Shown: in pieces, positions 25,263-32,000 of the stretch | How positions within the stretch are numbered: the first letter of the stretch is position 1 | Layout: every line of letters starts with the position of its first letter | Origin: Halanaerobium saccharolyticum | GTDB lineage: Bacteria; Bacillota; Halanaerobiia; Halanaerobiales; Halanaerobiaceae | Assembly: GCF_003259895.1 (NCBI RefSeq) | Contig: NZ_QLME01000002.1 | Location: forward strand, 123,489-155,488 | Direction of reading: 5' to 3' | DNA length: 32,000 nt | Notes under the pieces: generated by a model | Database searches by the model: none | Seen by the model: only the letters and a program-made list of their open reading frames with translations | What the model was told of the DNA's origin: nothing | Program-made: the position numbers and the translations under genes

Positions 25263-25405
25263 GTGGATAAGTAGATTTAATTCGATAGTTATCCACAAGT
25301 TACTCACAAAACAGGTGTTTTATCCACAGTTGTTAACAATTAATCAACAAAAATTGTGGATTAAAACCCATAGTTACCAACAAGTTATCCACAAAATGTG
25401 GATAT
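25262..25405. promoter_or_regulatory. DnaA-box cluster (3 perfect, 3 one-mismatch and 2 two-mismatch boxes in 144 bp)
   Basis: Perfect TTATCCACA at 25289-25297, 25320-25328 and 25385-25393. Inverted 8/9 boxes are AGTGGATAA at 25262-25270, TGTGGATTA at 25356-25364 and TGTGGATAT at 25397-25405. 7/9 boxes are TTACTCACA at 25300-25308 and TTACCAACA at 25374-25382. Confidence 0.8.
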
Positions 25406-25496
25406 TAAAAATAATTACTAATTAAAATAAGTTTAAAAAATTATTTTTCTGAGCAAAAATGTTTAAAAACAGATATTTTGATGAAGGAGGGACGGA

Positions 25497-26546
25497 ATGA
25501 GAAAATTTTCGCGAGTTAAGTCAAGTGAAATCGGGCATACTCCTGGAACTTTACACGGGATTGAGACAGAAGTAGATGCCGAAATTGAATTAATACAGTT
25601 TAATGAAAATTTTGTTGAGAAAAAAACTGTGGAAGATTTTTCTTTAGAATTACTGGAAGCAGATTATGTCAACTGGATTAATATTACCGGAATTCACGAC
25701 GTGGAATTGGTTAAAGAGGTTGGAAAATCAATTGATTTACATCCTCTTACTTTAGAAGATATTACAAATACCCGCCAGCGTCCTAAAAAGGAAGAGTTTG
25801 AGGACTACATTATTACAATCCTGGATATGCTGAGCTATCAGGGAGAATACATTCAGTCAGAACAGGTGAGTTTAATTTTGCTGGAGAATACAGTTATTAC
25901 TTTTCAGGAAGCCCGGGGTGATGACTTTAATCCGGTTCGAGTCAGAATTGAGGAAAATAAGGGACAGATTAGAAAAAAGAAAGCTGATTATTTATTTTAT
26001 GCCTTACTGGATTCAATAGTAGATAATTATTTTCACATTTTAGAAAGGAACGAAGAGGTTTTAGAGGAGCTGGATGATTTAGTTGTTGCAGCTAAAACAG
26101 GGCCTGATACTTTAGAGACTATTCAGGATTTAAAACAGGAAGTAGTTTTTTTGCGCAAGACTATCTGGCCTTTAAATACAATTTTTGGCAACCTTTATCG
26201 GGTAGAATCACCACTGGTAAAAAAAGAAACAGATTATTATCTGCGTGATGTTTATGATCATATTGGACAGCTGATGGATGAGATTGACGTCAGCCGGGAC
26301 ATGCTGTCAAGTATGCTGGATATTTATCTTTCCAATAAGAGCAACAAGATGAACGAAGTAATGCAGTTTTTAACAGTTATCTCTACCATTTTTATCCCCC
26401 TGACTTTTATTGCCGGAGTTTATGGAATGAATTTTGCCTATATGCCGGAGTTAGAACATGAACTTGCCTATCCTGCTGTAATGTTTTTGATGCTGGTGAT
26501 TGCTGTAATCCAATTAATTTATTTTAAGAGAAAAAAATGGTTCTAG
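25497..26546 (+). CDS. corA: CorA-family Mg2+/Co2+ channel
   Basis: YGMNF signature before the last transmembrane helix, two C-terminal TM helices and a typical cytoplasmic N-domain. GAAGGAGGG ribosome-binding site. Confidence 0.93.
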   Translation: MRKFSRVKSSEIGHTPGTLHGIETEVDAEIELIQFNENFVEKKTVEDFSLELLEADYVNWINITGIHDVELVKEVGKSIDLHPLTLEDITNTRQRPKKEEFEDYIITILDMLSYQGEYIQSEQVSLILLENTVITFQEARGDDFNPVRVRIEENKGQIRKKKADYLFYALLDSIVDNYFHILERNEEVLEELDDLVVAAKTGPDTLETIQDLKQEVVFLRKTIWPLNTIFGNLYRVESPLVKKETDYYLRDVYDHIGQLMDEIDVSRDMLSSMLDIYLSNKSNKMNEVMQFLTVISTIFIPLTFIAGVYGMNFAYMPELEHELAYPAVMFLMLVIAVIQLIYFKRKKWF

Positions 26547-29500
26547 ATCTATTAGCAATTATTTCAGCAGCAGGCACAGGAGCGGTAACCGGCTATTTAA
26601 CCAATAATCTGGCACTAAAAATGATTTTCAAAGAGTACGGGCCACTTGGGGGAGTGGTAATTAAGACTAAAGATGAATTTATTGACAGTATTTCTGCCCT
26701 GGTAGAAAGAGATTTGGTTAATCATCATACCTTAGAAGAGGAGTTTTCCCGGCCTGAATTTAAGCAGAATTTTAATCAGAGCCTGGATGATTTTTTGAAT
26801 ATCTATCTTGAACAGCGCACTGGTGATTTCAAACTGGGAGAGCTTCCCGGCTGGAAAGAAAATTTTGAACTTCTAAGTTCAGCTGCTGCTGAGACAGGAG
26901 TTGAGTTTCTGGCAGCAGGCAGCAGAGAGCTGAAGGAGCAGGAGTTAAGTCAACTAATTTCGGAGTCCGGGCAGCAGAAACTGCTGCAGGAAGTTTTCAG
27001 TAAAGTAATAATTAAAGCAGAAGCTGCAGAAAGTGGTGAAAATTTAATTCTCAGATTTTATGAGCAGCTGAAGTCTAAAAGCTTAACTGAGCTTTTAAAT
27101 AAAGAAAGTCAGTCACAGCTGAAAAAGTTGGTTAAAGAATCTGCTCAGTATTTTAGAGATAATTATCAGGATTTAGATAAGCCCGGCAAAGAAGCTTTTA
27201 AGGCAGAAATCAGTCAGCTTTTTAATTTAGAAAAAATTAGTCAGAATATATTAAATGAGCTTAAAGAACTTAAGCTTTCTGATTTGATCAAAGACAGCAG
27301 TGAACTGGAGGAAATTTTATCCAGAGTAGATCTGCATGATCTGGTAAAAGAAATACTTGTAAACTTAAAAATTGAACTGGATAATTCCCAGCTGCTGATC
27401 GAAGATTTTTTTACAGAAGAACTGGAAGCAGATTTAAAGCAGGAATTGTCTGAGCTGATTTCTACTGCTGAATCAGATTTATTGGATTCTCTGGAGTCAG
27501 CCGAAACTGAGCTAAATGATCTGATTCTGGAGGCAGTTGAAGAAGAAATTGAAGCAAGTACAGGTTTTAAGGCAATGAGCCGTCAGGGAATCTATAACAA
27601 ATATCAGGAAAAGATAGAGGAATATGGTCTGCCGGTGACTCATCTTAAAAATTATTTAGAAGCAGAATTAAATTCTGATAACCAAAAACTGGCTGCTGAG
27701 CTGACAGCAAAAATTAAGGAAATTAAAATAGCTAAATTGCTGCCGAAAATTGAGCTGGAGAAAATTATAAAAAATCTGGAAAAGTCATTAGCTGGATTTT
27801 ATCAGCAGTATGAAGATCAAAAGATAATTGAACTTTTTTCAGAAGAAATTTTTGCAGAGGAAATGCTGACAGATAAAATTGTCGAACTAATTTTTAGTTC
27901 TCTGGAAAAAATTAGCGGTGATGCTGATTCAATAGAGATTTTGATAGATTATTTAATGGAGTTAAAGCTGGAGGATCTGCTCAGCCGGGAAAAACTGGTG
28001 CTTAAAAAAGATAAGATTGCCGCTGAAGTATACCGACTGCTATCAGATCAGGACTTACTAACAGCAGAGACAGCAGCTTATCTTAATCAGAATTTCTTTA
28101 ACCTTTTAAATAAAGAGCTAGATAATTCCAGACCTCAATTTAAAAAGGGAATAGCAAGTTATCTCAATCAACAGCAGGGAGAGCTGGCAGCTAAAGAGAT
28201 TAAGTCTTTCTATACTTTATTTCAGGATGATCCGGAGGCTGTTGCAGACTTAACTGAATCAATTACTGCTTTCTTTTATAATAATTTACCTCAGCTTCTG
28301 GAAGGCAAAGTGGCGGAGGCGGCTTCGGCTAATTTACATCAGCTTTCTGATCAGGAAGTCCAGGCTGCCATCGAAGATTTTATGGGCCAGGAATTAAAAC
28401 CGATCACCTATTTAGGGGCCTTACTGGGAGCGGCTGCCGGGATTATATTTTCACTCAGCGGGGCTGAAACGGCAATTTTTAATGCTTCACCGGTCTGGGT
28501 TGATTATTTAAGCTCTGCAATTTTATATGGTGGAGTAGGCTGGCTGACCAATGTGCTGGCAATCTGGATGATTTTTCATCCCTACCAGCAGAAAAATATT
28601 TTGGGAGCCCGAATTCCCTTTACACCGGGAGTTGTTGCCAAAAATAGAAGCCGTTTTGCCGATTCCATGGGTAAATTTGTGGAAAAAGAACTGCTCAAAG
28701 CTAATTCAGCAGCAGAGATTATAGAAAATAATCGTTCGGAAATAAAGGCAAGAACACTGGAATATTTTAAGGACAGTGATTACCAGCAGCTGTTTGAACA
28801 GCTGAGAGATAAAAATGAAATACTGGCAGAGTTTTTGTTTAATAAAGTGGACCAGCTTTTATCGGAACTGGAGGCAGATGATTTTAAAGCTCTGATTGAT
28901 ACTTTAGAGCCGCAGCTGGATACTTTACTGACTCAAAAACTGGCTTCCTTTGATTTTGGAGCTGCAGCGACAAAGTATTTGAGTCAGGAAGAAAACTCTC
29001 TGCCGGAGCTGGAGACTCGTATTGTTTCGGGATTCCAGATGGAACAGCTGGCCGCTTTTGTCAATGGCGAATATAAAATAAATCTAAACTCCAGCCAGCT
29101 GAAACAGCTTCTTAAAAATAAAGAGCTTTATCCTTTCTTTAAATTTCTGGCACCACAGCTTTTGGAAAAGGAATTTGAATTTGATTTAAAGAATTATCTT
29201 TTAAAATTATTGCAGCAGGATTCTGATTACTATCTTGATCAGTCTTTAAATCTGTTTTTTGAGCAGCAGGAGAATATTGCTCGTTTAATCAATTTCAAAA
29301 AAGATGAGATTATAGAAAATGAGAAAGAAAAAGAGGGAGGGATGTTGAAAAACACCCTAATCTCTGGCGCTATCTATATGGCTGATCTGGATCAATTTGT
29401 GGATTCAATAGTCGAGCGGGTTTTCAATAAACTGCAAAATGAATATTTTGTTGAGCACAGAGACCAACTAGAAGGATTTTATTATAATCTGCTGGATAAA

Positions 29501-30289
29501 CTGCAGTCTAGAGATCTGCTGACAGGAGAAAATCTAAAGCTGAATCGGATATTAAAGAACTTTGTCAGCACCAAGCAGGGGTCTGAACTTTTAACCGAGG
29601 TTCTTTATCTAAGTGATCAGCCGCTGGCCAGGTTGATTGATCTGATATTTAAAGAAGAAAAACAGCAGCTGCTCTCGTTAAATATTGAACTAAAGGCTGA
29701 AGCAGCGGCAGAATTTATTAAACAGCAGCTTAACCTGGAGCAAAAATTGAAACTCCTGCTTTTAGTAAAAGACTTATTTACTGCAGAGAATATGAAAAAA
29801 GAAATTTTGCAGCTGCTGCAGACAGTTGATTTAAAAATAATTAACCAGGAATTGAAAAGTTTATTGCAGGAAATACAGTTAATTGATCCAGATTTGTTTG
29901 ATGCTGAATTATTGGCAGAACTTAAAACCAATTTAGCTTCATTACTAAAAAGTGAAGAAGTAAATAGGCTGTTGCTTAATAAAAGTGAAGAAGAGATTAC
30001 AAAGTTAGCTGAGACTCTGGAGCAGGAAATGGATAGGGAAGGTCTGGAATATCTGCTGGCCTTATTTGTAGAAGCCGGTGTTGACAGCTTTAAAGCTAAT
30101 TCGGAAGCTCTGCTTAAAAGTCTGGAATTAAAAGAATTAACAGCTGCTGAAGTTAGAAAAATGAATCCGGTAGAGATAGAAGAAGTTTTTGACAGTTTTG
30201 CCGGCAAATATTTTGCCCACTTAAAGCAGTACGGCTGGTTTGGTGGTATTTTTGGAGTACTTCAGCTGCTGTTGAGAAATATTATTTAA
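26537..30289 (+). CDS. Giant (1250 aa) DUF445-like membrane protein with long acidic helical expansions
   Basis: The N-terminus GAVTGYLTNNLALKMIFKEYGPLGG gives one DUF445-type signature. A second lies at about 28520-28700: GGVGWLTNVLAIWMIFHPYQ...IPFTPGVVAKNRSRFADSMGKFVEKELL. The C-terminal tail YGWFGGIFGVLQLLL is hydrophobic. The regions between are E/L/K/Q-rich. The ATG overlaps the corA 3' end by 10 nt. Confidence 0.8.
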   Translation: MVLDLLAIISAAGTGAVTGYLTNNLALKMIFKEYGPLGGVVIKTKDEFIDSISALVERDLVNHHTLEEEFSRPEFKQNFNQSLDDFLNIYLEQRTGDFKLGELPGWKENFELLSSAAAETGVEFLAAGSRELKEQELSQLISESGQQKLLQEVFSKVIIKAEAAESGENLILRFYEQLKSKSLTELLNKESQSQLKKLVKESAQYFRDNYQDLDKPGKEAFKAEISQLFNLEKISQNILNELKELKLSDLIKDSSELEEILSRVDLHDLVKEILVNLKIELDNSQLLIEDFFTEELEADLKQELSELISTAESDLLDSLESAETELNDLILEAVEEEIEASTGFKAMSRQGIYNKYQEKIEEYGLPVTHLKNYLEAELNSDNQKLAAELTAKIKEIKIAKLLPKIELEKIIKNLEKSLAGFYQQYEDQKIIELFSEEIFAEEMLTDKIVELIFSSLEKISGDADSIEILIDYLMELKLEDLLSREKLVLKKDKIAAEVYRLLSDQDLLTAETAAYLNQNFFNLLNKELDNSRPQFKKGIASYLNQQQGELAAKEIKSFYTLFQDDPEAVADLTESITAFFYNNLPQLLEGKVAEAASANLHQLSDQEVQAAIEDFMGQELKPITYLGALLGAAAGIIFSLSGAETAIFNASPVWVDYLSSAILYGGVGWLTNVLAIWMIFHPYQQKNILGARIPFTPGVVAKNRSRFADSMGKFVEKELLKANSAAEIIENNRSEIKARTLEYFKDSDYQQLFEQLRDKNEILAEFLFNKVDQLLSELEADDFKALIDTLEPQLDTLLTQKLASFDFGAAATKYLSQEENSLPELETRIVSGFQMEQLAAFVNGEYKINLNSSQLKQLLKNKELYPFFKFLAPQLLEKEFEFDLKNYLLKLLQQDSDYYLDQSLNLFFEQQENIARLINFKKDEIIENEKEKEGGMLKNTLISGAIYMADLDQFVDSIVERVFNKLQNEYFVEHRDQLEGFYYNLLDKLQSRDLLTGENLKLNRILKNFVSTKQGSELLTEVLYLSDQPLARLIDLIFKEEKQQLLSLNIELKAEAAAEFIKQQLNLEQKLKLLLLVKDLFTAENMKKEILQLLQTVDLKIINQELKSLLQEIQLIDPDLFDAELLAELKTNLASLLKSEEVNRLLLNKSEEEITKLAETLEQEMDREGLEYLLALFVEAGVDSFKANSEALLKSLELKELTAAEVRKMNPVEIEEVFDSFAGKYFAHLKQYGWFGGIFGVLQLLLRNII

Positions 30290-30310
30290 AAATATAGAGA
30301 GGTGATTTTG

Positions 30311-31252
30311 ATGTATTTGACCAAAGGATTATTTTTGTTTTTTCTAATACTAACCCTAGTTCTGGCAGGGTCTTTTTCGGCAGCTGCGGCTGAAGCAACA
30401 GTTGCTGTAACAATTGTTCCTCAGCTGGAAATGGTAGAAGCAGTTGCTGGTGAGAAAGTAGAGGTTGTAGAAATGATCCCTCAGGGATTTAGTCCTGCTA
30501 ATTATGCTCCCTCACCTGCCGAAATGCGGGCCTTTAATGAAGCCAGCATTTATTTTTCGATGGGAGTACCGGCAGATGTGCAGAATATTTTACCCCGGGC
30601 AGAAGAAATGTCAGGACTCAAAGTGGTAAAATTATTTGAAGAAATTGAATCTGAGTATCCCCACCGTTATTTGGGAGAAGAGGATGAGCATCAAGACGAG
30701 GAAGTTGAGCATCAGAAAGAGGAAAATGATGATCACGGACACAGGCATGAGGGAGGCAGAGATCCTCATATCTGGCTTTCTCCAGCTAGAGCTAGTCTGA
30801 TGGTGGAGATAATGCGAGATGAGTTAATAGAAATCCTGCCTGAATATGAAGCAGAATTTAAAGAAAATGCTGAGCAGTATTTAGAAAAAATGGATGCAGT
30901 TGATCAGAAAAATCAGGAATTATTAGCTGAATATCAGGGTCAGGAAATACTTGTTTATCATCCTTCATTTGGATATTTTACCGAACATTATGGTTTAGAA
31001 ATGCTGGCAATAGAAGCAGGGGGTAAAGAACCTGGTCCCCGCCAGCTGCAGGAAATTATAGAATATGCTCGTCAGCAGAGAATAAAGAATGTTTTTTATC
31101 AGGCAAAAATTGACAGCAGCAGAACCAGAGCAGTTGCCGAAGAACTCGGGGGAGAGATCGTGCAGCTTAATCCTTTAGCCTCAAATTACCTCGACAACTT
31201 AAGAGTAATGGCAGAGAAAATGGCAGCTGAGCTTGCAGAAAGAGATGATTAG
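30311..31252 (+). CDS. znuA: Metal (probably zinc) ABC transporter substrate-binding protein, ZnuA/TroA cluster
   Basis: Signal peptide followed by AAAAEA. The His/Asp/Glu-rich loop EEDEHQDEEVEHQKEENDDHGHRHEGGRDPHIW is typical of ZnuA. The start could be GTG 30302 or ATG 30311. Confidence 0.8.
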   Translation: MYLTKGLFLFFLILTLVLAGSFSAAAAEATVAVTIVPQLEMVEAVAGEKVEVVEMIPQGFSPANYAPSPAEMRAFNEASIYFSMGVPADVQNILPRAEEMSGLKVVKLFEEIESEYPHRYLGEEDEHQDEEVEHQKEENDDHGHRHEGGRDPHIWLSPARASLMVEIMRDELIEILPEYEAEFKENAEQYLEKMDAVDQKNQELLAEYQGQEILVYHPSFGYFTEHYGLEMLAIEAGGKEPGPRQLQEIIEYARQQRIKNVFYQAKIDSSRTRAVAEELGGEIVQLNPLASNYLDNLRVMAEKMAAELAERDD

Positions 31253-31254
31253 TA

Positions 31255-32000
31255 GTGACTTATGCAGTTGAATTGAAAGATGTTTCAGTTAAATATGGTA
31301 AGATACCTGCTTTAAAAAATGTAAGCATTCAGATTGCAGAGGGAGCCTTTTTGGGGATTATTGGCCCTAATGGTGGTGGGAAAACCACACTCTTAAAAGT
31401 TATCCTGGGTTTAATTGAGCCTGAAGCAGGAGAGATCAATGTCTTTGGCCATCCTCATAATCAGATGGTTGATAGGATTGGATATGTACCTCAAATTTCT
31501 AATTTTGACCGTGACTTTCCCATCAGTGTTCTGGATGTTGTTTTGATGGCAAGGCTGGGAGGCAGAGTTAGATTTTTTCATCAGTATCAAAAAGAAGATT
31601 TAAAAAAAGCTGAGGCAGTTTTAGATCAGCTTAATCTGCTTCATCTGAAAGATAGGCAGATTGGTAAACTTTCTGGTGGCCAGCTGCAGCGGGTTTTAAT
31701 TGCCCGAGGTCTGGCCGTAGAACCTGAGATTCTGCTTCTGGATGAGCCGACCGCAAATGTCGATGCCAGTTCTACTTCCCAAATTTATGAATTATTAAAG
31801 AATTTAAATCAGGACAGAACAATTATTGTGGCAACTCATGATATGGCTGCAGTGTCTTCTTATTTTGATACTCTGGCCTGTTTAAACGAAAAACTTTATC
31901 ACCATGGTGATAAACGTCTTGATCAGGAGACAACAGAACAGGTTTTTGGCTGTCCGGTAGATTTAATTGCTCACGGCCATCCTCACCATGTATTTGCCCC
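31255..32000 (+). CDS. znuC: Metal ABC transporter ATP-binding protein (3' end outside the window)
   Basis: My own translation from the GTG at 31255 gives Walker A GPNGGGKTT, signature LSGGQLQRVLIARGL and Walker B LLLDEPTANVD. The frame stays open to the window edge. It is not in the ORF track because no stop codon is reached. Confidence 0.85.
   Translation, partial: MTYAVELKDVSVKYGKIPALKNVSIQIAEGAFLGIIGPNGGGKTTLLKVILGLIEPEAGEINVFGHPHNQMVDRIGYVPQISNFDRDFPISVLDVVLMARLGGRVRFFHQYQKEDLKKAEAVLDQLNLLHLKDRQIGKLSGGQLQRVLIARGLAVEPEILLLDEPTANVDASSTSQIYELLKNLNQDRTIIVATHDMAAVSSYFDTLACLNEKLYHHGDKRLDQETTEQVFGCPVDLIAHGHPHHVFA

Noticed and set aside
25210-25425. 71-aa plus-strand ORF spanning the HD-GYP gene's 3' end and the intergenic region
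   Set aside because: Its sequence is simply the DnaA-box cluster read as protein. It has no ribosome-binding site and overlaps the end of the preceding gene.
25406-25496. M-box (Mg2+) riboswitch in the corA leader, or a DNA unwinding element with DnaA-trios
   Set aside because: The leader is too short and lacks M-box conserved segments. The AT-rich tract shows no clear run of repeated trinucleotide trios. Every intergenic region here is AT-rich, so this is no evidence for an origin. oriC is kept only as an alternative in the DnaA-box finding.
29617-30207. 196-aa minus-strand ORF inside the giant DUF445-like gene
   Set aside because: It is a Ser/Leu/Phe-rich low-complexity product, typical of the antisense frame of a Glu/Leu/Lys-rich gene. 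It has no independent signals.
1-32000. CRISPR arrays, tRNA or rRNA genes, transposases, integrases, and toxin-antitoxin or defence gene clusters
   Set aside because: I scanned the intergenic regions and the ORF list. There are no regularly spaced direct repeats, no cloverleaf-like or rRNA-like segments, and no ORFs with recombinase, nuclease or defence-type motifs.

Overview
AT-rich, Firmicute-style window (strong GGAGG ribosome-binding sites, many TTG/GTG starts, acidic proteins). A halophilic anaerobe of the Halanaerobiales type is my guess only. Almost everything is recognisable housekeeping or metal homeostasis. (1) 97-10446: a plus-strand purine biosynthesis cluster, purD-purK-purE-purB-purC, then a 490-nt non-coding gap, then purF-purM-purN-purH. 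purS/purQ/purL are absent, and a ~300-nt long imperfect inverted repeat sits where they would normally be. (2) 10.9-18.9 kb: an iron-acquisition and iron-sparing island. It holds an Fe(III)-type ABC importer, a DtxR-family regulator, feoA-feoB, two short FeoB-associated Cys-rich membrane peptides missing from the ORF track, a DUF2325 protein and a long-chain flavodoxin. Three near-identical Fur-like boxes serve it, two of them inside paralogous TTGACA-17-TATAAT promoters. (3) 19.2-23.2 kb, minus strand: a LytS/LytTR (BtsS/BtsR-like) two-component system followed by a CstA-family transporter. (4) 23.4-25.3 kb: a pseudo-receiver/PAS/degenerate-GGDEF/HD-GYP signalling protein. (5) 25.5-32.0 kb: a tightly packed corA / 1250-aa DUF445-like protein / znuA / znuC (3' partial) cluster. 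The items least explained by standard annotation are: a dense DnaA-box cluster in the corA upstream region with no dnaA nearby; a dispersed family of paired GTACC-N-GGTAC palindromic boxes, including one 46-bp perfect palindrome; the long inverted-repeat element between purC and purF; and the giant DUF445-like protein translationally coupled to corA. I saw no rRNA, tRNA, CRISPR array, transposase or recognisable defence genes. I cannot claim a clearly novel multi-gene system here. The findings are candidates ranked by how poorly known biology explains them.
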